From contig NC_090337.1 of NCBI RefSeq assembly GCF_035084215.1, forward strand, positions 56,358,001-56,422,000: a stretch of 64,000 bases of DNA, in the 5' to 3' direction. The notes beneath the pieces were generated by a model. It had not been told where the DNA came from. It searched no databases and saw only the letters and a list, made by a program, of their open reading frames with translations. Shown here in pieces: positions 11,606-24,952 of the stretch. Source of the DNA: Heptranchias perlo (lineage: Eukaryota). Both the position numbers and the translations under genes were made by a program. The stretch's first letter is position 1. The number at the start of each line of letters is the position of its first letter.

Positions 11606-11795
11606 GGGGACAATTTTAACCTAACCTGCCCATCGGAAACTGGCGGGATCCGGTGCAACACTAATTTTAGACCCCACCCGATTTTACTCTCCATTGAAGT
11701 CAATGCAGAATAACTTTGGGCGAGGGTGTAAAACCAGCATTCCACCCGATCCCGTAGGTTTCCCGCCTGGTGAGTTAGGTTAAAATTACCACCCC
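11606..11795. mobile_element. Palindromic MITE
   Basis: aattttaacctaac...cgggatc pairs with gatcccg...gttaggttaaaatt; imperfect arms of about 70 bp. Confidence 0.7.
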
Positions 11796-13065
11796 TTCGT
11801 TTTTGACTCCCACTCACTGTGCATCGGATTCAGTTTAAGTTCCAATGACATCCCAAGTACAGTGCCCAGCTACAGTGCTCAGCCTACAATCTTGAGGATT
11901 TATATCTGTATACACGGCCCTGCTCCTACTTCAAGGCCCAAAATAGTGGTACAAATTTCTTGTCTTATATCTTATCGATATGGTAATCGATGGGGCTCGT
12001 GCACAATAGTTGAAAAGTTGAAACCATCTGGTGTTACTGTGACTTGCTGGTCAAATGTAGCACTAAACACGATTCAAGTTGTTCGTATGTGTTCATACTG
12101 CATAGCTTAGAATGCTATTCTTTATTTCTGGGGCCTAAGTTGAGCTCCAGTCCACAGAACAACGCCTTAATTAAGGATGAGGCAGGTGATTTATTCTGCT
12201 GTCATCGGGAGAAAAAATGGGGCAGTCTTCTCTTAGTTCTTATTCCTTCAGTTTAACTCATCTGGTTTTTATTTCTCCCTTTTAATTTCTTTTCCGACTC
12301 CTGTTTTAATGTTCTCCTGCCTTTTCTAATTTAGCGTATTTTTGTGCGTCTCTGTCTGCCTTTCTCTTTTTCTCTCTCTGATTTCCATTCTCTCACTTGT
12401 CCGTTACTTCCCGTTGCATAAGAGGCAAACTCATACCCCTGCTCCTGTTTGAACTTGGTGTGAAAAGAAAGCTGGGGCTGCCAAGGGTGGAAGATTTCTA
12501 TGCTCGAGGACGTCTGTACAATTTGTATGCAAAACAAGTGCTTTCATGAGCGCATTTTTGATCAGAATTTGAACAATAGGATACTCTATTCTGTCCCTCA
12601 GCAACACCAGTTCTGTGTAAATTGTTGCAGCATTTCACTGCTGACTTATTGCACAGAGCAGACACACCCTCCCTGTTCATGGGCTTAATGTCATATTCAC
12701 CCAGTGAAGAAGGGAGTTGATTAACAGCTGGATTCAAACAATACTCTCAAACCTGGTGATACTATGGGTGTAGCAGGGATTAGTCATAGATTCTTCACCT
12801 TTCACAGGCTGTTATGTAAAAGGTATGTTTAACCGTATTGCGAGTGAAACAAAAAGAATACTGTGATTACCTATCTAAACCTATAGTTAGAACATTCCAC
12901 ATCTGATTCAAATTACATTTGTTTTGTCCATATGCCTTTTCTTGTATTCAGTTTGAAGTTGCATAACAAGATTTCTCAAGTATTTTTGATAAACAATAGG
13001 GTTTGACAATTTTGTGGGCAACTGTATGGCAAATGTGAGCAAATGTCAAAGAGCATATAGGGTAA

Positions 13066-14995
13066 GATAAGGCAGAAAAGGAAAGCCTATGTCAGACACC
13101 GAGCACTCAATACTACAGAAAGCCTAGCGGAGTATAAAACGTGCAGGGGTGAAATTAATAAGGAAATTGGGAAAGCAAAGAGAGGGCATGAAAAAATATT
13201 GACAAGTAAAATCAAGGAAAACCCAAAGATGTTTTATAAATACATTAAGAGCAAGAGGATAACTAAGGAAAGAGTAGGGCCTATTAGAGACCAAAAAGGT
13301 AACCTATGTGTGGAGGCAGAAGATGTTGGTATGGTTCTTAATGAATACTTTGCATCTGTCGCCACAAAAGAGAGGGACAATGCAGACATTGTAGTTAAGG
13401 AGCAGGAGTGTGAAATATTGGATGGGATAAACTTAGTGAGAGAAGAAGTATTAAGGGGATTAGCATCTTTAAAAGTAAATAAATCACCAGGGCCGGATGA
13501 AATGTATCCCAGGCTGTTAAAAGAAGCAAGGGAGAAAATAGCGGAGGCTCTGACCATCATTTTCCAATCCTCACTGGATACAGGCGTGGTGCCAGAGGAT
13601 TGGAGGACTGCTAACGTTGTACTGTTGTTTAAAAAGGGAGCAAGGGATACCGAGTAATTTTAGGCCAGTCAGTCTGACCTCGGTGGTGGGCAAATTATTG
13701 GAATCAATTCTGAGGGACAGGATAAACCGTCACTTAGAAAGGCACGGAGTAATCAAGGACAGTCAGCATGGATTTGTTAAGGGAAGGTCATGTCTGACTA
13801 ACTTGATTGAATTTTTTGAGGAGGTAACAAGGAGGGTCGATGAGGGTATTGCATTTGATGTGGTCTACATGGATTTTAGCAAGGCTTTTGACAAGGTCCC
13901 ACATGGCAGACTAGTCAAAAAAGTACAAGCCCATGGGATCCAAAGGAGAGTAGCAAGTTGGATCCAAAATTGGCTTAGTGACAGGAAGCAAAGGGTAATG
14001 GTCGACAGGTGTTTTTGTGACTGGAAGGCTGTTTCCAGTGGAGTTCCACAGGGCTCAATACTAGGTCCCTTGCTTTTTGTGATATATATTAATGATTTGG
14101 ACTTAAATGTAGGGGGCATGATTAAGATGTTTGCAGATGATACAACAATTGGCTGTGTGGTTGATAATGAGGAGGAAAGCTGTAGACTGCAGGAAGATAT
14201 CAGGTGGGCAGAAAAGTGGCAAATGGAATTCAATCCAGAGAAGTGTGAAGTAATGCATTTGGGGAGAGCAAACAAGGCAAGGGAGTAACAATACATGGGA
14301 GGATACTGAAAGGTGTAGAGGAAGTGAGGGAATGCATGTCCACAGATCCCTGAAGGTAGCAGGACATGTAGATAAGGTGGTTAAGAAGGCATGTGGAATA
14401 CTTTCCTTTATTAGCCAAGGCATAGAATAAGAGCAGAGAGGATATGCTGGAATTGTATAAAACACTGGTTAGGCCACAGTTTGAGTACTGTGTACAGTTC
14501 TGTTCACCACATTATAGGAAGGATGTAATTGCACTAGAGAGGGTACAGAGGAGACTGGAGAATTTTAGCAACGAGGAAAGATTGGATAGGCTAGGGTTGT
14601 TCTCTTTGGAACAGAGGAGGCTGAGGGGTGATTTAATTGAAGGGCCTAGATAGAGTGGATAGGAAGGACTTATTTCCGTTAACAGAGAGGTCAATAACTG
14701 GGGGGCATAGATTTAAAGTGATTGGTAGAAGGATTAGAGGGGAGTTGAGGAAAAATCTTTTCACCCAGAGGGTGGTGGGGGTCTGGAACTCACTGCCTAA
14801 AAGGGTGGTAGAGGCAGAAATCCTCAACTCATTTAAAAAGTACCTGGATGTGCACCTGAAGTGCCGTGACCTACAAGGCTACGGACCAACTGCTGGAAAG
14901 TGGGATTAGGCTGGGTGGCTCATTTTCGGCTGGCGCAGACACGATGGGCCAAATGGCCTCCTTCTGTGCTGTAATTTTCTATGATTTCTATGATT
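13066..14995 (+). mobile_element. CR1 LINE, 5'-truncated, frameshifted RT ORF2
   Basis: KSPGPD, FRPVSLTSVVGK, QHGFVKGRSCLTNL, DFSKAFDKVPH, GVPQGSILGP and FADD motifs; 3' tail ttctatgatttctatgatt. Confidence 0.95.
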
Positions 14996-15039
14996 CAAAT
15001 GGAAATGTTTTCCAAGGCCTTCATCTGTCTGGGCTTTTA

Positions 15040-16810
15040 CTGCATTGATTAGCCTTTGGCCCGTTCTGAAGCTATCACTGCTGCAATAAAATACTGATTT
15101 CCTTGGTGATTTCAAACTCCATCTCCACTCACCTTGCCCTCTCTGCTCTGAACTCACTGCCTTCCTGTCCTCTGTAAACCTCTCCCTCCATATGAACTCT
15201 CCTACCCATACTCACGGTCATCCCTCAACCATGCCATCTCCTATGGCCTCTCTACTCCCATGGTCTCAATCAGGGACAAGGCCATCTCCGACCAGTTCTT
15301 GGTATTCCTCATCACCCACAACAGCCTTCCAATGCCACTACCTTCTGCATCTGCCCCTTGGAAAAAAACTCCCCCCCGCCCAGTTCACTTAAAATTGCAC
15401 TTTCAAACTCCCAGCTGCCTAGCCTTTGCCCCTCTAGTCGCCATGATACTTCTGCAGCTGTTGATTTGCTTAACCACTCTCCCATCTCCACTTTGAAACC
15501 CTTGTCTACAGTTCACTCTCTCCCACATCAGTCATTCCTCCTCGAATAGCTCCATCTTCACTCCCTCAAATCCTAGGGATGCACAACTGGTTTAGCGATC
15601 CATCAGTAGATCTGGCTGGATCCCATCAAGTGCTATTGGGCCTCACTCTTCTTTGCCAGAACCCCCCATTACTCCAGGGAGATCCCAGAGAGCAAAGAAA
15701 ACCTTCCAGCTTCCTTGCTTCACTGCAAACCATCTTCTTAAACCCCTCTCCACTGCCCCCTCAAACTCCACATCCAGCAACAGGTGTGAGGAGCTTATGG
15801 ACTTCTTGGTCTCTAAGACTGAGACCATCGCTCGCTTGGTTCCACAGCTATCTGATGTAGATGAAGGATAGGATACGATAGTAGAGCAATTCCAGTAGTG
15901 GCTTCTTGTTGGTTCCCACAATGTTACCTCTGGAGTCCCCCGAGGACCTAAACTTGGCTCCCTCACCTTGGCGACATCATCTACGGACATGAAGTCAGCT
16001 TCTACATGTACGCAGATGATACCCAGCTCTACCTCCCCACCATATCTCTCAAACCATCTGCCTGTTCAACATCCAGTCTTGGATGAGCTGCAATTTCCTC
16101 CTCTTAAACATTGGGAAGACCGAAGTCATCATCTTCAGTCTCTGCCACAAACTCTGTACCTTTGCCCCTATTGTATATCTTCCTTCCCAGCCACTATCTC
16201 AGGTGGCAACCCCAAGCTGACATTATGACCCCATATCCTCTGTCACAAAAATGGCCTACTTCCACCTCTGTAATGCCTCACTTCTGCTCATCTACTGCTT
16301 ATACATGCCTTTGTCAGCTCCAGACTCGACTATTCCAATGCTCTCCTGGCCAAACTCCCATCTTCCACCCTCCGTAAACTTCAGCTCATCCAAAACTCTA
16401 CTATCGCATCCTATCCTTCATCAAGTTTTGCTCACCCATCACCTCTGTCCTCGTTGACCTACATTGGCTCCTAGTCCCCCAATGTCTCCTACTTAAAATT
16501 CTCATCCTCGTATTTTAATTCCTTCATGAACTTTCCCTTCCCCATCTTTGTAAACTCTCTGTTCCTCTGACTCTGGCCTCTTGTCTGTTCCCCCTCCATT
16601 TATTCCACCATTCACAGCCGTGCCTTCAGCCACCATGACCCCACGCTCTGGAATTCCCTTCCTAAACGCCTCTGCCTCGCCTTCTTTAGGATCCTCTAAA
16701 ATTCACCTCTTTGGTCACCCCTGCTAATTTCTCCTTTGGCTTTGAAGTCTATTTTTTTTCTGATTATGCCTCTACATTAAAAAGACTATATAAATGTAAC
16801 ATCATTGTTG
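15040..16810 (+). mobile_element. Heavily decayed L2 LINE
   Basis: C/T-rich. Remnants include cttggtgatttcaa (LGDFN), tacgcagatgatacccagctctac (YADDTQLY), ctcgactattccaatgctctcctgg (LDYSNALL) and tail tataaatgtaac...ttgttg. Confidence 0.8.
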
Positions 16811-16859
16811 ATATATGAAGGGCCTCACCTTTTATTATCACTTGATTAAATAATCAGGC

Positions 16860-17100
16860 TTCAAGTAGAGATCAGAGTCGTGGCTCTTCTCTGCATTGTC
16901 TCCAGAGCCAGGATGGCTTTGGTGGCCAGAACTGGACATAGTACTCAAGCTGTGATAACAGAGCACTAATCCATTTGTCATGAATTCGTCTGACTTGTAT
17001 TGTACTGTTCTAGCTACATAGCTCATCATTCTCTTTGACTTGTTGTATGCTGTTCTACATTGGTTGGATATGGTAAATGTCGAGTCTACGAACACTGCTA
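16860..17100 (-). mobile_element. Old CR1 fragment
   Basis: Minus ORF NQCRTAYNKSKRMMSYVARTVQYKSDE resembles the CR1 ORF2 C-terminal region. Confidence 0.55.
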
Positions 17101-18677
17101 GGTTATCTTACTCTCTGATCTCTGCCATTGCTGCTTTTAATGGATCACTAATATATCTAATGACAGCATGGCTGAGATTGGTAATTTACCAAGTGAGGGA
17201 TCACCGGCATGAACACACGTTCTACTGCACTGCATGCATTGGAGACACAGTGTATTGTGCCATCCTACTTATGCTTTCACTGTGAACTCCTTAACTGCAA
17301 AGTAGTCACTAATTTGTCATTAGACATCAGACAAGGATTTGGGTCCTTGCTAGGCAATCAGAGGTACATGGATCTTCTCGCAAGTGGTCGCAAAATGACA
17401 ACACCTTGAGGTCACTCGAGCGTGGTAATTCCATGTTAAAATTAGATAGCCATGTGTTGAAGGATAGAATACTAGAGCCTGGTCTTTAGTAACTTTCCAA
17501 GCCTTTATTCACAGAGATTCCCCTTACACACTCAACACTCTCCTATAAAAAGGACACGAGAGTCCCCAATTGATACCTACCACCTGAATACAATTAACAC
17601 TGATATTAATCATACAATTAACACAAAATGTGTGAGTGCATTGCCACCATTCTCCTAAGTGCAGTGGACACATGCCATGGCCCATTATATGGTAGTTCCA
17701 CTAGTTGGAGATGTGCAGCTTGTGTCTGCCCAACCCAGTTATGATATGTGAGTGGATGCGCTCTCATACCCAACTTCCAGGTAGCGCCTTCCAGCAACTA
17801 TCGTTTCAAATATCAAAGTTTCTTCACCATCTGTACAACAGATATCCACTTTCACTATGGAGGAAGAATCTATGCAGAGCAACATGCGATGTTCCAGCCA
17901 CCTTTATGCCTTGGATCGCCAATTCCAATACAATATATGAGGCTTACCCACCACTAACTGCTGAATGTTGGTCCTTGTAAGGTTCTTTGGCAAAAAGACA
18001 TGCCCAGCATAAGGCTGACTCCCCTCCAGGGTGCTCAGCAGCAGGGAAGAGCCCTCCTTCTCCGCAACCATTTTCCCCTTTTTTTAATCACAAATCCACC
18101 TCACAGCTTGGTCCTGGATCTTCGATATGAGTTGAAGGAAGCCCTTCAATGGTATGTCTAGGAGTTCTGAACCATGGAGGAGAATTATGCAGACACTTAA
18201 GTGTCGTTCACGTTTCCTCAGCATGGTCAAGCTGAAGCTGGCATTCATCAGCACCCCCCAGAAAATGATGTGACTCAATAATTGGGGCAGCTGCCCCTTT
18301 TATCTTCCAGTCAATACCTTTGAGGTCCACTCTTCAGCTGTGCAAAGGCATCACGTGGAGGTTCCCACCACCATATCCTACTTTGTTTGAGGTACTGAGT
18401 AGAGGACACTAAATCCCATATGATTTATCAACAGCACTACCATCTGAAAAAAGGAAAACTACATCTTTCAGAAATGCCCAAACCAGATGCTCCAAGACCG
18501 TCCCTTATAATGCCAGTCCAACATGTCATTGGTGAAGACATCATCAAATAGAAAGAGTGACAGTAGACTGCTGTGCCTCATTTTTCTTTGAAAAGAAATA
18601 TATTCAACGATTCTCTCATGTACCCTTACATGGACCTCGGAGCTGCAGTAAACATCCCATATAAAATCCAAGATTTT

Positions 18678-20255
18678 CTAAATGGTGAGAATTGTGGATG
18701 AGCAGAGAGATTTAGGGGTCCAAGTACAGAAATCAATAAAAGCGAGTGGATAGGTACAAAAAATAAAAAAGGCTAATGGAATGTTGGCCTTTATTTCAAG
18801 GGGGCTGGAATACAAAGGAGTAGAAGTTATTTTACAGTTGTATAAAGCTCTGGTTAGACCCCATCTGAAGTACTGCATTCAGTTCTGGGCACTGCACCTC
18901 AGGAAGGATATATAGCGAAACCTGTAAATTAGGGACTTGCATCCTTTATTTGCAGGTGTCTATTTTCAAAACGGTCATTGCATGTACAGTAAACCAGATG
19001 AGCCAAATATCTCGGGATTGGGTGTATTTCCTGCAGAGTTCCTTTTTCTCACCCTCACCTGGGATCGTGCTTAATTCTGGAGCCCTGCCAGCAGGATGTG
19101 ATTTCAGTTCATTTTCTGTTAGTTTTCCCAGTTCATTGCCATCCGGGGTCCTTTTTCATTAAGGGAGAGATGTCATGATCCTGGGATCTGCTATATTGGC
19201 AGCCTGCACAGCATGAGGTGGCTGCTATAGGGCCTGAGTGCCAGAGAGGTCCCAGTTAAATTGGGGGGATTAATGTTCAGGACCCCCTCCCTCCGTGTAC
19301 TGCAGCTACTATTGTTTGATGTGCTAGGGGGTGGGTGGGGGCCGTTAGCAGCTCATCAATACCTGACATACTGGTAGAGTGAGAATGGGTGTTGCTTTGT
19401 GCAGTTCCCAGCTTTTGTCAAATGGGGAGTTCTTTACCCAGCATCCATAGCAGCAGAGAAACTACTCTATCTCTGGGATAGAGCCGTGCAAGCATTCAAT
19501 CCCAGAGATAGAGCGGTTTCTCAGCTGCTATGGATGCTGGGTAAAGAGCTTGCCATTCCACAAAAGCCATTCCTTTCACCCGCTGCCGCCTTGCGCTGAC
19601 CTGCGTGTCCCATGTTTTAAGTTGTAAACGGACTTTGTGCATTGAAGGTTGTCAGTAGTTCATAATTTGCGAGTGTCTGTGATTTCAAGTGCAAGCTTGT
19701 ATCTGTTACAATGTAAGTTATTTGGGACTGTCAATAAGTGTCTGTTTTTTGCAGGTTTCGATTTGTACAGATTTCACTGTATTGGCCTTGAAGCACACAT
19801 TCACCAGAATGATACCAGAGCTAAAAGGGTTAAATTATGAGGATAGGTTGCATAGTCCAGACTTGTATTCCCTTAAATAAGGACGATTAAGGGCTGATCT
19901 AATTGAGGTGTTTAAGATGATTAAAGGAGTTGATAGTTTCTCTCTATCTACTCTATTTCTTCTTGTGGGAGAGTCCAGAACAAGGGGGCATAACCTTAAA
20001 ATTAGAGTTAGGCCGTTCAGGGGTGATGTCAGAAAGCATTTCTAGGTGGTGGGAATCTGGAAAACTCTCCCCCAAAAAGCTGTTGAGATTAGGTCAATTG
20101 AAAATTTCAAAACGGAGATTGATAGAATTTTGTTAGGCAAAGGTATTAAGGGTTATGGAACAAAGTCCGGTAGATGGAATTAAGATACAGATCAGCCATG
20201 ACCTAATTGAATGATGGAATATACTTAAGTTACTGAATGGCCTGTTCCTATGTTC
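18678..20255 (+). mobile_element. CR1 3' fragment interrupted by a DNA transposon
   Basis: aaggctaatggaatgttggcctttatttc...ctcaggaaggatata | tattggccttg...gttcctatgttc. The CR1 sequence is continuous once 18913-19779 is removed. Confidence 0.85.
18913..19779. mobile_element. Non-autonomous Tc1/mariner (Tigger/pogo-like) DNA transposon, 867 bp
   Basis: TA duplication at 18911-18912 and 19780-19781; termini tagcgaaacctgta / tacagatttcactg (11 of 14 inverted match); cleanly splits a CR1. Confidence 0.75.
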
Positions 20256-23200
20256 AGACAGTTATTCCCAGCTTCTTCATGGGGGCTGCATGAGGAGTTA
20301 GTTTTAAAGCCTTATGAAAATGGATGAAAGCAATATAACTGGGTTTTTCCCTCTTGGGAAATTGAAAATCTTAATGTTTGGATATTTAAATGAATCATTA
20401 CAAATAGGTAGGTCAGAACTAATCAAGGTTTCAGTGAAATGCACAATCTGATAAAGCACAGATTTTTAAAAAATGCTAATGGTAGTTTACTCTTAGCTTC
20501 TGATTTCAAAACTCAGAGGCTGTTTATACACATGAGCAGATACTTTGATTCTAATGCTAGTTAGAATCTTTTAAAATCAGTCTTTTAAAATCCAGAAATG
20601 GCCAAGCCAGTGAATTGGGCTGTACAAATTCACGACTCTGCTTATTTTCCTAGTGTCCACTCTGGGAGCTGGACTAATGTCCTTGGCTATTATTCAACTA
20701 GTCAAGTGGTTATTAAGCCACTTGAGCGTTGCAAAGTGAGCGTTATTGTCGGCGAGTGACAATTGGCCAAATTTCTGCTAGTAAAGCTGACAAAATCATA
20801 TAGAACAAACTTACTCGGCAGAAAACTGAACTAATTAACATTTCTATTCATTTTTGTTAAAACATTTTAAAAGTGGCAAAGCTATGACCCTGTTTTCAAA
20901 AGTGGAAAAGATTTCCCTCGATGGTTGAGGTTTCACCTGCATCAACCGGTGCAGTAAACCTGCGGTAAACAGTTGAAGAGCTGAGAAACCGTCCCTGTGG
21001 TTGTTTTTAGTCTGATGATTGATGATTACACAACGGGGAAGCTCTGGGTTTGGCAGAGTAAGAAAGACTGAGTGTAAAAGGAATAAAACTCCGCATTTCC
21101 ACAAAACAGCAGCTGGAAGAGGAGAACAAAAATTGATGACACGACCAGTCTGGGCAAGTTTGAAATCTCCAGTGTGCTTTTGAATAATGTCTCAGTTAAT
21201 TATAAAATCCATGTCTGTCTGTATCCTCACATGCATTATAGAAACTCTTTCTCCCTCTTCGCCCTCCAATAACACTCTTATACATCGCAACCCCTGATAC
21301 AATGTGCATATTTATGGTTCCTTGAATAAGAGGCTGACTTCATGAAAAACTGTTTTGTTCCCAAACACACCATGCAGTAACATAAACTGTGTTAGAATGC
21401 ATCATTCTGAGTGAGAAGGTTGATTTGCAAATGAGTCCTGGCTGCCAAACGTTTGTTCTTGAACATTGTGTCTCTTTTAAATTATATTGAAAAATTGTTA
21501 TGAGTTGCCTGAATGGTGACACAACTTTCTATTGATGCCTATCTACAGCTATTCAGTACACGTAGTGTATATTTCTGGATGAGATTCCATTTTTTTCCAG
21601 TCTTTAATCTTAAAGCATAACTGCTTCAGACTTTTTGTCTGATTTACGTAGGGCATTTTTTGTTTAAACTCTCCTTTAGATTGCTTTCACTTCTGGATCT
21701 GTCCTGTGCCTCCACGAAATCTTCCTTGTCTTCAAGAAGTGGCACAATGACACTCTGCTGGACCCTGTTTTAGTCTTTAATTGCCAAATTAATTTAATAA
21801 CCAGTAAATGAATACGTAGCAGACACACGATATTTTTTCTAGTAATTGTTTAACTTTGTTAACTTTTATATAGTAAAAAATCATAAGTATTTTGTAACTC
21901 TGTGCTAAACTAATTGTAATCAATCTTCTAATGTAGTGAATCTTTTTTCTTTTACGAATTCAACTATGGAAGTCATGTAATTAAATGATACAGTTCAGAA
22001 GTCCCAGGCAGATTATCTACAAAGATTCAAATTAGAACTCGGTTTGAAAAATGCTGACTAACAAGTACCCCCAAAACCAGTTACTGGGGCTGTGTTGACT
22101 TTAAGTAACTGTTAAACTCAAATCGAGCTGCCAATCAGACACACATCTGAACAAATTACACCGCATGTCTGTACTTGATTTGTGTGGGTTGACTCCAATT
22201 AGTTATTTGAGTTAGCTGCGACATAATTTCTCTGAGTGAAGCTCGCTTTTAGCTTCTTATGTACCGTGGATTAATTTAAGGAACCAAAACTAAGCTAAAC
22301 CTTAGACAAAAATGTTTCAGAAAGTTCCAAATGAATAACGCTAAACACGAGAAAAACCTTTAAATCATTAAGGATCTTCAGTGTACAAAGGCACTCCTTG
22401 GCATTATCAGGAGCAGCGCAAGGACCACGCAACCTGTACAACTGCCGGTGGCCCTGAGCAGATCCAGTGACAGGAAAACTAGGCAATGGTAGTAACTGAT
22501 TCCTGATCATTTTGTCAACTATTTTTATACTACCTATTGCAAACAAGCCTTTTCACAATCGTGCGTGTGCAAATTTGACAACAAATTTAAGTAGGTGGTA
22601 TTTAGTTTAATTGTCTAGTAAAATGTAGGGGCCCCAAACCAAATTTTTGCAGAGTCTCCCCACAAGGCAAATGCCACCCCTGGGTATTATATAGAAGGTA
22701 GGTGTAGCAATCCTTTTCAGCCCACACCAAATGCTCAATTATTTGCTCAGGCTGAACCTAATTGTTCATAATCTTGATGTCCTATTTGACTCTAAGCTGA
22801 GCCTCAAATTTACATCCCGTCTATTGCCCCGTCAGATGGTGCAATATCACTTCTGCCTCGTCACATAGTATCACTGAAGGAGGACATTCAGCCCATCGTG
22901 CCTGTGCCGGCTCTTTGGTAGAGATATCCAATTAGAGTCACTCCCCTGCTCTTTCTCCATAGCCCTGTAATTTTTTTTCCTTCAAGTAATTATCTAATTC
23001 CCTTTTGAAAGTTATTATTGAATCTGCTTCCACCATCCTTTCAAGCAGTGCATTCCAGATCATACAACTTGCTGCATAAAAAAATGTTTCCTTATGTTGC
23101 CTCTGGTTCTTTTGCCAATCACCTTAAATCTGTGTCCTCTGGTTACTGACCCATATGCCACTGGAAACAGTTTCTCATTTACTCTTATCAAAACTGTTCA

Positions 23201-24442
23201 TGATTTTGAACACCTCTATCAAATCTCCTCTTAAACTTCTCTGCTCTAAGGAGAACAACCCCAGCTTCTACAGTCTCTCCACATAACTCAAGTCCCTCAT
23301 CCCTGGTATCATTCTAGTAAATCTCTTCTGCACTCTCTCCAAGGCCTTTACATCTATCCTAAAGTGTGGTGCCCAGATTGAACACAATACTCTAGCTGAA
23401 GCCTAACCAGTGTTTTATAAAGATTTATCATAACTTCCTTGCTTTTGTACTCTATGCCTCTATTAATAAATCCCAGGATCCCATATGTTCTTTTAACAGC
23501 CTTCTCAACCTGTCCTGCCACCTTCAAAGATTTGTGCACATATACCCTCAGGTGTCTCTATTCCTGCACCCCCTTTAAAAGGGAAGCTTATGTCAGACAC
23601 CAAGTTTATATTGCCTCTCCTCATTATTCCTACCAAAATGTACCACTTCACACTTCTCTGCATTAAATTTCACCTGTCATGTGTCTGCCCATTTCACCAG
23701 CCTGTCTATGTCCTCCTGAAGTCTGTTACTATTCTCCTCACTGTTTACTACATTTCTGAGTTTCGTATCATCTGCAACCTTTGAAATTATACCCTGTCCA
23801 GGTCATTAATATATATCAAAAAGAGCAGTGGTCCTAACACCAACCACTGGGGGATACCACTGTACACTTCCCTTCAGTCTGAAAAACAACCGCTCATCAC
23901 TACTCTCTACTTTCTGTCCTATAGCCAATTTTGTATCCAGGCTGGCATTGTCCCTTTAATCCCATGGGCTTTAATTTTGCTAACAAGTCTATTATGTGGT
24001 ACTTTATCAAATGCCCCTTGAAAGTCCATATACACAACATCAACTGCATTCGGGTAAGCGTACTCCAAGGCGGCCTTCGAGACACACGACAACGCAAAAT
24101 CGTCGAGCAGAAATTCTAGTAAATCTCTTCTGCACTCTCTCCAAGGCCTTTACATCTATCCTAAAGTGTGGTGCCCAGATTGAACACAATACTCTAGCTG
24201 AAGCCTAACCAGTGTTTTATAAAGATTTATCATAACTTCCTTGCTTTTGTACTCTATGCCTCTATTAATAAATCCCAGGATCCCATATGTTCTTTTAACA
24301 GCCTTCTCAACCTGTCCTGCCACCTTCAAAGATTTGTGCACATATACCCTCAGGTGTCTCTATTCCTGCACCCCCTTTAAAAGGGAAGCTTATGTCAGAC
24401 ACCAAGTTTATATTGCCTCTCCTCATCAACATCAACTGCATT

Positions 24443-24952
24443 CGGGTAAGCGTACTCCAAGGCGGCCTTCGAGACACACGACAACGCAAAATCGTCGAGC
24501 AGAAATTGATAGCCAAGTTCCGCACCCATGAGGACGGCCTCAACCGGGATCTTGGGTTCATGTCACGCTACACGTTACCCCACCAGCGAACAAATGTTAT
24601 CTGTTTTTAATATAATGGGTCATTTGCTGGCTCTCTCTGCCTTCCGGATGTTTCTGCCTCTCTCTCTGTTTTTTTTTTCTCTGTTTTTTTTCCCTGTTTG
24701 TTTTTTTATTGAATGTGTATTCGGAGGTTCTGCAGGTAACACCTCTCTGTCTGAACACGGTGATTGCCTTGGCAACGGGCAGTTGCAGGGGCAGTCTGTA
24801 AACACCATTTATTATTGTTCAATATGTATAAATGCGTAGGCTTCAAGGAGATCTTGAAACATTTGCCTGAGGAAGGAGAAAATCTCCGAAAGCTTGTGAA
24901 TTTAAAATAAAATTGCTGGACTATAACTTGGTGTTGTAAAATTGTTTACAAT
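24443..24952 (+). mobile_element. Second Penelope copy (5'-truncated GIY-YIG end plus pLTR); its first 65 bp are duplicated at 24051-24115
   Basis: Nearly identical to ~8811-9317 (RVSVLQGGLRDTRQRKIVEQKLIAKFRTHEDGLN); flanked by tgcatt at 24437-24442 and 24953-24958. Confidence 0.9.
24861..24901 (+). ncRNA. Minimal hammerhead ribozyme motif (second Penelope)
   Basis: Identical to 9225-9265. Confidence 0.75.

Noticed and set aside
13199-14909. Reverse transcriptase ORFs as a retron, DGR or other novel RT system
   Set aside because: The motifs and 3' tails are standard CR1 LINE, and all copies are truncated and frameshifted.
20931-20995. Possible alternative start exon ending ATG CAG|gtgaaa (minus strand, phase 0)
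   Set aside because: The donor is weak and only two codons are involved; it cannot be distinguished from chance without transcript data.
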